From Eledone cirrhosa (taxonomy: Eukaryota): a stretch of 64,000 bases of DNA. The translations under genes were made by a program, and so were the position numbers. The DNA is taken from assembly GCA_964016885.1 (NCBI GenBank), contig OZ024740.1, forward strand, positions 230,702,001 to 230,766,000. Reading direction: 5' to 3'. Of this stretch, positions 47,845 to 60,900 are shown piece after piece; the first letter of the stretch is position 1; every line of letters begins with the position of its first letter. Under the pieces are notes generated by a model. It ran no database searches and had not been told where the DNA came from. It saw only the letters and a list, made by a program, of their open reading frames with translations.

Positions 47845-48080
47845 ATTTATAAATTTCCGGTTGGTTGGTTCCACAACCGGACGGTTGTTCATATATTGTC
47901 AAATTCTTTCGTCACACATTCTGTGACCTCTTCAGTCACTGAAGAGGTCACAGAATGTGTGACGAAAGAACTTTGGCAATATATGAACAACCGAGGTCAC
48001 AGAATGTGTGACGAAAGAACTTAGACAATATATGAACAACCGTCCGGTTGTGGAACCAACCAACCGGAAATTTATAAATT
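47845..48080. mobile_element. Palindrome of two head-to-head Penelope terminal repeats
   Basis: Symmetry centre C47937 (CTCTTCAGT-C-ACTGAAGAG); left arm matches 41880-41994; right arm has an extra ~50-bp tandem copy. Confidence 0.85.
47935..47977 (+). ncRNA. Minimal type I hammerhead ribozyme candidate
   Basis: GUCA-CUGAAGA-G-GUCACAGAAUGUGUGAC-GAAA-GAACUU-UGGC; an overlapping damaged copy lies on minus (47939-47898). Confidence 0.65.
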
Positions 48081-49083
48081 GATGAGCTATAAATGATGAA
48101 CAACATTTTGCGAACTACAGGCGAGACTTGCAGCTGGAGTAATGTGCCAGCCAGACAGATGGTGTCCTGGTGGTGGAACAGCACAGTAGACACAGCCATT
48201 AAAGCCAAGAGACAGGCATGGAAAGACTGGGAAAATGCGGGTAGCAGAGACTGGTAGCAAGTAGCTAAGAAAGAAGCTAGGTGACAGGTTTACACAGCTT
48301 GGAGAGAGGCTTGAGACATGAAGATCAAAGACGTGAAGTGTTCCTATTTGTAAGGCAGTGCATTAGTGTGAATCCAGATATTGTTGGGGGAAAATATGTT
48401 AAAAATAACACTGGTGTACTTAGCACCACTGATGCCAAAAAGTCACGGGAAAGATCCATAGATGTGTTTGATAACTTCTGCTATCAAGGTGACCAAATTA
48501 GCAACAGATGAGGGTGCGCTGAAAGCAAAATAGCTAGAATAAGGATAGAATGGAAGACGTTTTGAGAGCTACTCCCACTGTTGACAACAAGTTCCTCCCT
48601 ACATACAAAAGGAAGACTGTATGACGCCTGTGTGCGGCACATGATGCTGCATGGTAGTGAAACATGGGCTGTGACTGCAGAGGACATGCGTAGACTGGAG
48701 TGAAATGAAAAAAAACCATGTTTTGTTGGATGTGCAATGTAAATGTGAGAGAAAGGCAGAGCTCAGATGAGTTGAGGGAGAAGCTGGGTTTAAGGGGAAT
48801 CTGAGATGGGGTGCAGGAGAGAAGACTGCATTGGTATCGACATGTGATACGCATGGACAATGACCAATGGGTGAAGAAATGCCAGAAAATCCCAGTGGAA
48901 GGAAGCCACAGTAGAGGATGACCAAGAAAGACCTCGGCAGAGTTTGTGAGAGCTGACCTTAAATCGCTAAGACTATAAGAAGAGATGATGAAGGAACATG
49001 AAAAGGGGGAGATGCCATGCTGAGAAAGAACCATCCAACACATGCAAGCATGGAAAAGCAGACATAAAAACGATGATGATGAT
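48081..49083 (+). mobile_element. Second RTE-clade LINE copy with a large internal deletion and intact 3' tail
   Basis: SWWWNS...AIKAKRQAWK (as at 45705-45770) jumps to DNFCYQGD, KGRLYDACVR.MMLHGSETWAV; tail CATGCAAGCATGGAAAAGCAGACATAAAAACGATGATGAT. Confidence 0.85.
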
Positions 49084-49190
49084 ATGTATATATATACATA
49101 CATATATTATATATATATATATATATAAATATATATATAGTATAGTAATAATAAATGTGAAGACTAAAATCCGAAGAGGGCTCGATAAGG

Positions 49191-49236
<46 letters not shown>

Positions 49237-49550
49237 TCATCATCATCATGATATATAAAGTAATATGAAAAGATTCAGGACCCTGACGGCTAAGCTCCAG
49301 ACGTTTTGACAGCTAGATCCAAGCTCTCTTAAGTCAATGATATGTTTGTGCATGGTGAGTACAAAAGACTATTTAGGAACAGGAACTCAGTTAGAGCCTG
49401 GATGGAAGTGTGGTATGGGAAGAAGAGTGCTCCACTACTAAAGCAGGATCAGATAGGGTGTGGTAAAAACCAGCTAGAACATAACAAAGCAGAGTACTTG
49501 ATACTTGGAGTAGTAGAGTGGGTAATATATATATAAACCCGTAGAGCAAA

Positions 49551-50304
49551 TATTTATTATAAGTACAGATTAAAGTTTAAGCAAAGAATCGCTGCTTTCA
49601 CCCTTTTACGAGATCTTCTGAAGCTGAGAAAAATCAATCTGTAGACGCAGAAGTAAATACCATTGTCTATATGTATATGTATGTACATCTTATCCGTATG
49701 TTTGTGTATGTATATATATATATATATATGTATGTGTGTGCATGCATTTGTATCTATGTATACATGTAGGTATGCATTTGTACGAGCACATGCAAACGCA
49801 TGGGTGCTAACATGTGTACATGTATGAATGCACTCTCCTATATTGGCCAGCACATACTTATGCACTACCCTAAATCCTATAACAATACTTTAAGGCTCTC
49901 ATCATTATTTACTTTTAATATTATTAATAACTTCAATCATTTTCATTTAATAATTTTATTTACATCATTTTCAAAATCCGGAGCTGGTAATCATTCGGTT
50001 ATTCTAAATAGAATATTAGTCTAATGATTTTTTTTTAATAGCATAAATGTGTTTTTGTCTTTGCAAGAAATTGTTCTTCTCACTCCACATAACAATGTAA
50101 TTACATCGCATATTTTCCGCTCATCGCCAAAGAATGTCTTCACGAACCAAAATATTGTCTTCCTGTTGTCCTTCAGGTGTAACATTTTTATGAAATATTT
50201 ACTTCTGCGTCTACAGACTGATTTTTCTCAGTTTCAGAACGTCCTGTAAAAGGGTGAAAGCAGCAATACTTTGCTTAAACTTTAATCTGTACTTATAATA
50301 AATA
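49551..50304. repeat. ~109-bp inverted repeat enclosing ~535 bp
   Basis: 49551-49659 vs reverse complement of 50196-50304, few mismatches. Confidence 0.8.
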
Positions 50305-50357
50305 CATATAGTATATATACACATAGTTTATATATACATATATTATATATATATCAC

Positions 50358-50690
50358 AGCCAACTGGCCTGCCCATCCTCAACGGTGCCATCCAACTCCA
50401 CTCTGCAAATGGGGTTGCGGCATGCAAACTATGGTCCCACTGTGAGAAGGGTTCGCCGTGGCCAACTAGCCTGTCCCTCCTCATAGTGGTACCTCCCAGT
50501 TCCAGGGTCCCAAACTATGGTTCTGCTGTGAGAAGGGCTTGGCACGGCCAACTGGCCTGTCCCTCTTCATAGCGGTGCCATCCAGCTCACACTAAATGTG
50601 GTTGCGGGTCTCAAACTAAGGTTCCACTGTGAGAAGGATTTGGCGTAACCAGCTGGCCTGTTCCTCCTCATAACAGAGCCATTCAGTTCC
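50358..50690 (+). repeat. GC-richer ~90-100-bp tandem repeat (~3.5 units) fused to a SINE body
   Basis: GCCAACTGGCCTGTCCCTCCTCATAG...CAAACTATGGTTCCACTGTGAGAAGG units run into CCACACTGTAAAT.TGGTTGGTGTTAGGAAGGGCATCC. Confidence 0.8.
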
Positions 50691-53600
50691 ACACTGTAAA
50701 TATGGTTGGTGTTAGGAAGGGCATCCAGCTGTAAAAACTATTGCCAAATTTACAGACCCATAGGAGCAAAGAACAGCGTGGCCAATTCTGGCCAGACTTG
50801 TCTCTCAACGTGAACAATCCGTCTAACCCATGCAAGCATAGAAAATGGACATTAAAAGGTGATGATGATATGTGTGTGTGTTTGTATAAATATATCATCA
50901 TCATCATCATTGTTGTTTAACATCCATTTTTCCATGCTAGCATCAATCAGATGACCGTGTCTTGCTCATACACAACTGTTTCTGGCTTTGTTCCTACGGC
51001 TGGATGCCCTCCCTAATGCCAGCCCTATATTATATATATATATGTATATATACACACACACACATACACATATATATATTGCAATTAATGAAACAGAATT
51101 ATAATGTTTGGGTCATCCCATGCTAAAAAAATACAGGAACACAAATCAACCAAATAAATAATTTTTGTTTTTGTTGGGCTTTTAAAAAAATTCTTTTATT
51201 CCTCAACTGTTCAGATGGAATTCTTTTTTTTATTTTTTTGTCGTAAATAAAACAAAAATATGGGATGATTTTTTTTAATGAGTAAGAACCATATATGGTT
51301 ATTGGTTAATTAATTACATTTAATATAAATTATGAATTTGAAGAAAACTAAATCTTGTTTCTTCAGTAAAGTGTGCAAAGGAGAATCTGAATGTCTTAAA
51401 TAAAGATAAATGGAACATTTTTTATCTTTCACTTGTTATTCATCATTTCTTTGGTGTTAGAAAACAAATACTTGCTTGGCACTGCCTAAATGAAAAAGTA
51501 GAAATTTTTTTTTAAATGGGCTCCCTTTTGGTCAGAGTTGACCAAGGATATGCACAGGGAAAGTTCTTTCCCAAGATGCAAGAAGCCTGGGCAGTGTGCT
51601 TTGTAGAAGATCAGCAGCCAACCATGCAAAAAAAAATAAATAAATAACAACACTAAACAGATTTTAAAATGAACACTGATCTAAATTTCCAATTAGTTGT
51701 ATGGCAGGTTTTTTTTAAACATTAACCTTTATAACACTGCCAAGTTGATATATCAGACCTGATAACATTGCCAAAAACAGCCTTGTTTTTGTCAATTAAC
51801 CAATAGTAGTTTTGGCTATACAATCAAAAAGGCCATAACACTGAAAAAGCTGATCTAACTTTATTTTAGTTAGTCTTATTGTTTTTTTGCAAAAATCAAA
51901 TGTTGATTAAAATACCATAAACTATATGTAAAATATAACTGAGCTCAGCAGCCTTAACTTTATATTAAGTGTAAAAATGTAATTAAAAAACCTCGCTCAG
52001 ATTTGAAATTCTGGTTTTACAAAGAAAAATGAAGCAAACAAGATGGCTATTAATGGTGAAATAGATATCTATTATTGATTAAAATGCTATAAACCCTATT
52101 TGAATAATAATTTGGTTCAGCAACCATAACATGATATTAGATGTAAAAAATAATGCTCATATTTGAAACCCTTTGACTTTTCAGAGAAAAAGAAAGCAAA
52201 TTTGAAACTCTTTGGCTTTTCAGAGAAAAAGAAATCAAGTATTAAGGAAGAAATAAATAAATTGATAGACATGTTTAATGCTAAGAAAATGATATTATCA
52301 CCAACCTTGTGCAATATAAGTGTACAAAAGCAGATACACATGCACACACAGCATTTTGATGGAAATTCTCCCCAAAAATTATATTTTCAAGAACCATAAA
52401 CAATATATATATTAAGAAAATATATACTAAACAAGTGTCAAATTGAGGTATTGATCGAAATAGGATGTTTTTAAACCCATAAGATGGCATATTATTTATT
52501 AAAAGTAGAAGGGTGGCAGAACGAAGCACTTAATGTTGCCAATCTATAGTTATTAGTAACAGATACCATATATATTCATATGTAAGACACATCTTCATTT
52601 TATATGCATGTACAATGTGCCATATATTTTGAATTGAGGATCTGAGTGTGTAGCTCAGAGAGTTGCTCCAGGTGGAGCTGCTACTTCTCTGAATTGAGAG
52701 ATCACAGCTTCAATATTACAGGTATGAGGTTAGAATGTGTCAGGAAAAAATTGCTAGACAGATTTTGTGGGCAAAACCAACCAGCTGGAGATCCAGGTGT
52801 AGATCCCAAGCAAATTAATTGGACAACATCCATTACCTGGTCCCGCTTGGTGATCAAGCCAGATTAAATGGAGATAGTTGCTTCTAACAGGACATGCTGG
52901 AAGGCATGCTTGAGGATTCTGTCCCCATGACCTTCCCAGGAATTAGTGGGTGAAGAAGATATGTTGCATGCTAATATTTCACATATTTTTGTAGGAAAAG
53001 GTGCGAGTGTACTTGAGTATATATGGTATATTTCCAATAACCATAAAGAATATATTAAGAAAAATAAATACTAAACAAATGTCAGCTCAAGATATTGATA
53101 GAAATATGAATTTTTTAAAACCCATTAGACTTATTCCAGATAGCAAACTTTTTTTTAAAACAAGACAGGGTAGTAGAAACAAGCTCTGTGTTATTAGTGA
53201 CAGATACTATATATACTTGTGTGTAAGTCACACCTCTATTTTATATACATTTACAATGTATCATTTATTGTGAATTAAGATTTTGTAGGTCCAGTCATCA
53301 TCATAATCATCCTCCCCGTTTCATGTCCATTTTTCCATGCTAGCATGGGTTAGACAAGTTGTCCTGTTGTGAGACACGTCAGATCAGCTGACCATGCCTT
53401 GCTCATACAGGTCTGATTTTGGCTTGGTTTCTATGGCTGGATGCCTTTCCTAATGCCAACCACATTTACAGTGTGTACTGGGTAGATAAGTCAAATGCTG
53501 GGTTTTCATGTCACATTTTTGTGACTTATACAAGAGTATTTATGGTAAAATTTAGTGATTTATACACAAGCATATATGGTAAAATTACCATATATACACA

Positions 53601-54470
53601 TATATATATATATATATGGTAGTTTATTTATAAGTTGTACTTGTTGAGCAATAGATGCAGTAAAATAGCTTCAAGCAGACAATTGAAACAGAATCAGAAG
53701 TTAAGGCTTGTTGCTGGAAGCATTTGTCTACTTTGCGGTACCCATATATTAGCGATATTACATGGAAATAGAAAAAGGATGAAAAATGTTTAGATTTTAA
53801 GAATTTCCTAAAAAACTGGACATATGTATAGCCATCTACTAATAATATGTAGTTCTGGCTAAAAGGCACTAATTTCTAGAAGTAACGAATGCTCTTGAAT
53901 TTAATTAAGTTATAAATATTGGCTGTATATACTTGTGTATATGTTGCATTGTTAGATAAATCACACCTCCATTTTACATACTATTTACAATGTACAATCT
54001 TTTGAATTGATATTTGGCAAGTCTAGTAGATGAGTTGCATGCTGATTTTTCATCTCATATTTTTCTGGAAAAAGGATGCAACTTATACACAAGTATATAT
54101 GGAAATCCTATTGTTTTTATGTTGTAAACGACATTGAATAGAAAAAAGTCACTTTGTTGCACTGTATCTAAGTTCGATAAGTGAACTTTTAGGGTAAATT
54201 TAAATAAGTAATTATTATTATAATATTTACTATTGTGCTCAAGAGAGAAACTATTTGAAACTATATTCATAAGAATGCTGATATATTAAATACCTTCATA
54301 GTTTTCTAAGTGAGATATTAAGTGAGATTTTTCTAAGTGAGATTTAGTGTGTTATACAACATCCATTAATATCTTTACTAATGATAAGAGATGTAAATTT
54401 ACTTGGTATATCCTTGACGTGACCGATAATAATCTTTGAAATGCTTAGGGCTCTAGTTCTCTGATGTAGT

Positions 54471-54689
54471 TCAAAGTTTAGAGACAGGAGTTGCTTGCTG
54501 TAAAAGTCTGTATATATCAGTAAGGCTTTGATGGATTGAATTCATCATTTTCTTTGAACATGTGTCTGGACTTCGGTTAAGTGCTGATACAGCAAACAGA
54601 ATATTAGATTTTTGGCAGTTATAACATATACCAAAGCCATCTGGTGCAGTGGGACCATAGTTCATTGAACAGCTAAATTTACTGGAAAC
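54471..54689 (-). CDS. CRAT: CRAT last coding exon, ends in PTS1 SKL
   Basis: Minus: ttccag|GTTTCCAGTAAATTT...TCTAAACTTTGA; 72 aa plus stop. Confidence 0.93.
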   Translation of the reverse strand, partial: VSSKFSCSMNYGPTAPDGFGICYNCQKSNILFAVSALNRSPDTCSKKMMNSIHQSLTDIYRLLQQATPVSKL

Positions 54690-54878
54690 CTGGAAATTGA
54701 AATTAAATTAAACTATTAATATAAATATTCTCAACATCCACAATATCTGTTGATTGCTCTTTTCTTCCGTTTGTACAAACACATATACATAATGTTTACC
54801 TGTAAACATACCTTGTTTCTTTAGAAATATAAAATTTCTATACATATCTGTATACAGCTATGCCTGAAGCTAAATCCT

Positions 54879-54971
<93 letters not shown>

Positions 54972-57900
54972 TATATATATATATAACTCAGAGTACAGAG
55001 AGCCAAAATACAATGAATTATTTAATTCAATGCTTTAATTACTCTGCCAATTTACAACCTATATGCTTCTATAGACAAATTGGCAGAGTTGTTAGAATAT
55101 CAGAATGCTTTGTGGTATTCGAGGTCAATAAAAAAAGAACCAATCTACTACTGAGGTCAATTCTTCCTCTATATCTCTTTCTCACTTCCATTCTTTCACT
55201 CTCTCAATCCTTTTCTGGAAGAAATCTGCTTTGTTCAGGCTTGGAGAGGCTCTGCCAGGTTTTAAAATGCCATATGGCACCCCTACGACTTCATCAGGAG
55301 TTATGGGTCCATACCATACCATGATTCTTAATTCTACAACAAATATGTAGCACTTTCTTTTTAATATTGACCAGTTAGAATTAGGGAATTATTAGGGAAA
55401 AAACATGAAAAAAACATTGAAAGGAGAGAATACAAATATTTAAAACCTTACTTGGCTACTTGAGATCTTGTGATGAGAACTTGTGGCATAAGCAGTGTCC
55501 ATAAACAGATTTGGTATATCCATTCCTTTCTCAATGGCAATCAGCTTTAACCCAAAAAGATGCCTGTCAATTCCTTGACCACTTATAGCCTTCAAATAAG
55601 AGAATGCAATGGCATTAGAGAGTTTTTAAAACACTGGAAACTTCTATACCAGTAAATTAATATATAGAATAGCTGAAAATAAAAATAAAATGAAATTTAC
55701 AGCTTACACCTATACAGGTTTAACTGGTATCCTACAAGGTTTCATCGTAGGATGTTTCTCAGGTGTATTAATGATAGGGGCTCTAATCCTATCATGAAAA
55801 ACAACATAAAATGAAGTGCCTTGCTCAAGAACACAACATACTGCCTGGTCCAGGAATCAAACCCACAACCTCATGATCATAAGTCCAACACCTTAACCAC
55901 TAGGCTACATGCCTTCACCAAATAGAATAAAAGATAGTTGAACTTACATCGTTTATAATGTTTCTGTGTGTTTGAACAGCTTGATAAAGGAACTGTAGTT
56001 TTTCATTGACCGGTACTCCATTGTCATCCATGGCCCGGGTGAACAAGTAGGAAGGAACAGTACATGAACGAATTGTTTCAGTTCGACCTAACTTGAAACG
56101 ACGCGTTGACCCACTTTCATATGTTGCACATGGTTCAGAGTATATTCTATTGAAAAAGAAATAGTAGAATTATGTATAACATTCAAGCAACATTTTATTT
56201 TAAAATACCCAGTCTACACTGTAACATGGTTGGTGCAATGAAGGGCACCCAGCCATAGAAACCAAGCCAAAATACAGATTTGGATGAGGAGGACATGGTT
56301 ACCTGACCTGACTTGTTTCATAACATGACAATCTGTCAAACCCATGGAAAATTGACGTTAAACGATGATGATGATGATGAGTCAAGCAACATTTTATTAA
56401 ATATTTACTGTATTATATATAACAGTCAAGTGAGAGGTGGTAAATTGTCGTTAAGACGTCAGATAGAATGCTTTACAGAATTCATTCCACCCCATTGCGT
56501 GCTCCGAGTTCAAATCTAGTCGAGGTCAACTTTGCCTTTCCTCCTTTCGATGCCGATTAAAAAAGTACCAGTCCAGTACTGGGGTCAATTCTTCTTCTAT
56601 AGAAAAAAATTGGCTGTGTTCAGACCTGGAGAGGGTTGGGCTCCGCCAAGTTTAAAACTGCCCTAGACACGCTGTATGACGGTGCCTTTACGACTCCATA
56701 AGGAGTTATGGGATCTTTATCCTTTATATATATATAAAACAGTCCAGTAACATTTATCAAATACTATATTGGGTGGCATATAATACCCCCTTTTTTAACC
56801 CTTTTGTTACCAGCTTGGCCAAATATCTCATTTTAAAGGTTTCCAATTTAAATTTAAATCTTCCAACATAATTTTATAAAAGAACCTTACATTAAATTAC
56901 TATCTTAGTCAGGAAATAATTAATGATTTTAGTAAACGCCCTCAAAATTCTTCATTAATTAATTGAACCTCTCATTGACCCCAATCCTGCACAAAAATAA
57001 ATAAATAAATAGACAATAAAACTAATTATAATTTACTTATAGTTATCAGTAAATCAGTATTGTATTATTTTATGTATTTTCATTTCATATACAAATGTCA
57101 GGTTTTGGCCCAAAATTTCAATTGATCCCTGGGGATTGATATTTACCACTTTGGGGACCCCTTAATCCAGGTCTTATATGCAAAGTTGTGCTATTTAGTA
57201 AGCTTACCAATACATCAATAATTTCATAATACTGCAATACAAATACCATTAATTGCTGATAGCAGAGAAAGATGTAACCCTTAAGTTACCCAAAAGCAAA
57301 GAAGCTATACTAAGGAACATGGTAACAGAGCAGCAGAAAAAATTTTTGGAATCCCACTTACAGTAAAAATGATATGAGAATGGAGAAAACTATAACAGCT
57401 ATAGACTATCACCATCATTTTGCATCCCCTTTTCTTGCTGACATGGGTTGGATGGGTCCTCACAGCCCAAGAATAAATGTGTCAGAGAATCATACATTTC
57501 AATGGCTAAATGTCCTTCCTAAAGCTATGTTTTTACTAACTCTTAACATCCTATAATGATTTAGCAGAAAATAGCTAAACAGATTTATTAATTCAAATAT
57601 TTACTGTGTCTTTACTAGTGAACAGATTGTTGGGAAAAATTGCAGTAAAGACTTTAATTTTTCATGAGATACAGTCATAGTGCATTTTCTTTTGTGTATT
57701 TTTCAAAAACAGCCAACTAATGTGGATTCATGCAGTACAGAACATTAGGAGTTAAACATATTTTTCTTGTAAAAGATTTTTTTTTTCCTTTTTCTCATTT
57801 TCTTTACTTCTCTGGAAGAAATCTACTGTGTTCAGACCTGGTTTAAAAATTCCCTAGAAACGCCATATGTCAATATGGTTCCCCTGTGACTCCCTCAAGC

Positions 57901-60900
57901 ATTATGGGTCCAGACAGACAGACTGTAGACACACACTTTAATAATGTTAGATTTTTATATCCATAATCACACAAACAATTTTATTTCTTGCTGAAATGAT
58001 GTTTCGTTGTCAACTTGTTTGCAGATAGTATGTCTCTTAAAGTTCACATTGCCGTCAAATATAGTAATACATAGTTTTGGCAATAACATTTTGTAAAATC
58101 ACTTTAACCTAGAAATGTTATGCCACTCAATGACTGACCTAGCAACAACATACATTTATAACTGTCATATGGAACTGTGGTGGAACAATATGTCACCAAC
58201 TAGTTGCCATAGTAGCAAATATTTGTCAGTCACAAACTAACCAAACAACAATATCTGGGAACCACTTATGTAGCCTATGAGTTGATCTACTTAGCAAAAG
58301 AGTCAACATTTTTTGATGTCATTTAACCTTTTCAAAACCAACTCGCCCACCACCACCTCTGCAGCTATGGAACGATGCCACTCATTTTAACCCTTTCAAG
58401 GCTGCATTTCTAATGAAATACACTCTATTTTAATTAATTATGAAGAATTTTGAGGGGATTTACAAAAATTATTAATTATTTCATTACTAAGATAGTAACT
58501 TAATGTAAGGTTCTTATATAAAATTATGTTGGAAGATTTTAATTTAAATTGGAAACCTTTAAAATGAGTGGTTTTGTCTCATAGAACCAGAGCCTAATAA
58601 TGTTTTATGTTAGAAATACCATCTTAGTAATTGAAATAATTCTAGTAAATTCCGCCCAAATTTGTCAGTAATTTATTTATATAGAGTGTATATATTTTAT
58701 AAAAAATATGGTAATGAAATGTTTAACTCATTTAGTAACAAACCCACCTCAGTTTTGTGATACAAAACTATCTACTGTAAAATGTTATATTTATCTAAAA
58801 ATATATCATCATATTTGGTAAAAAAAATTGTTTCTACTTTTGGCACAAGGCCAGCATTTGAAGGGGAGGGGAAAAAGTTGATTAAATTGACCCCAGTCCA
58901 TTACTTGTGCTATATTTTATTGACAACCGGCGAGTAAGTAAGTAAGGGAGCTCTGAGTGCAATAATACAGTTCCTTCAATGATACTGAGATACCATATAT
59001 ACTCGGATATAAGCCAAGAAATATGTGACCAAAAAATCAATGGTAATATGGAGGGGGGCTTCTATATGACATCAAAGCAATGTGCTGATTGGCTGCCTTG
59101 GCTTATAAACACAGTTTGGATTTTTGCCCTTTTCTCAGACATAAAATAAGGGGTCGGCTTATATTCATGTATATACGGTAAGTGTACCTACAATTAATGT
59201 TTTCATTCAGAAACAATATCTTATCCATAGTAATACACCACTTTCCAAATGTATTCCTCTTACTTTTCCTTAACTCTTTTCATACAAAACCTGTTGAAAC
59301 TGATCCTGATTCTATGATACAAAGTTATCTATTTTTAAGTGTTTTGTATTTATCTAACCCTTCCAACATAATTCTATAAGGAAACCTTTGTTATGTTATG
59401 TTCCAAACACCAACATAATAATGAGAAAGTCAATTTATTTTACTAAATCCCAACAAATTCTTAATTATTTTCAAAATTAATTGAAAATCATAGGCAGTAT
59501 CTTTTATTAGAAATATGGTTAATATGTGACCCAGTGACTTCATTCTAGCAGATGGGACATATATTTACTGCAACACACTAAATATAAGCAATTTTATATT
59601 TAAAAACTGGGGTCTACATTCCATTTCTATCAGTTTTGAGGGCCATCATTTTACATTTACCTGGGTCTATTACAAGCTTTGTACTAACCCCAGTTTTCAT
59701 CCTCAGAGCTTCAACTTAAGAGCCCATTTTTTTAAAAACACTAAATGATTAATGCCCCTTTGTCAACTTGTCTGCATATAGTCTGTTTTTTTAACTGCTT
59801 TGCCACCAAACTGCTTGAAACCACCCTTGGTATTATGATACAAAACTTTTTATTTTAAAGTGTATATATTTATCTAAAACCCTTCCATTATAATTTAATG
59901 CACTGGGTAATTGCTGGCCTTGTGCCAAAAAGTATTATAATTTAATGTAAGAATCTTTGTTAATATATGTCCCAAATACCATCTTAATAATGAGAAAGTT
60001 AGTTATATTGCTAAATCTTTCCAAGAGCTAGATTATTTTAAAAATCATTTGAAATACAAATGCAGAAAATATGGTAACAAAAGGGTAAAAGTTCACATTG
60101 CAGTGAGTACATCTAGGAACAACAGAAAAATATAGGAAAATCACTTACCGATAATAAGCTAACTGCAATGCTATTTGAACAAGTGCATCTGGACTGAGCT
60201 TCATAGATTTTGCAAAATCTTTACCAAACTTTGTATATTCTGTGATGGTCAGATCAACATCCTCTATCATGCTAAATTAAAACAAACAACCATATTAACA
60301 ATTAACACTCTGAATGGCACAAATGCACTGGTACTATGTCTTTTATCTCTCACCCAATTTGTATTGATATTTTGAAGATAGAATTAGAAGCTTTCACCGT
60401 ATATTAACTAAAGAAAATGGACATTAGCATGCATTTCCCAGGCATACTAGCTAATGCCATTTTTTGTCCATTATTAGGTGGCAAATTTTTCCAGCATAGT
60501 TACGTCCCTTTACGATCTGAGTTCAAATCCCGCCGAGGTTGACTTTGCCTTTCATCCTTACGGGGTAGATAAAAATAAAGTACCAGTAGTGCACTGGGTA
60601 ATTGCTGGCCTTGTGCCTAAAGTAGAAACAATTATTAGGTGGCAAATTGGCAGAGTTATTAGAACATTGGATAGAATGTTCTGGGGCATTCGTTCTGGCT
60701 CTCCACTCTCTCAGTTCAAATTCTGCTGAGGTCAACTTTTCCTTTCATCCATTCAAAGTGAATAAAAAAAATACCAAGGGTATACTGGGGTCAATTCTTC
60801 CTCCATATCTCTTTCTCACTTCTCTCTATCACTTTTTATCCTTCTCTGGAAAAAAATCTGCTGTATTCAAATTGGGAGAGATGGGCTCCACCAGGGTTTT

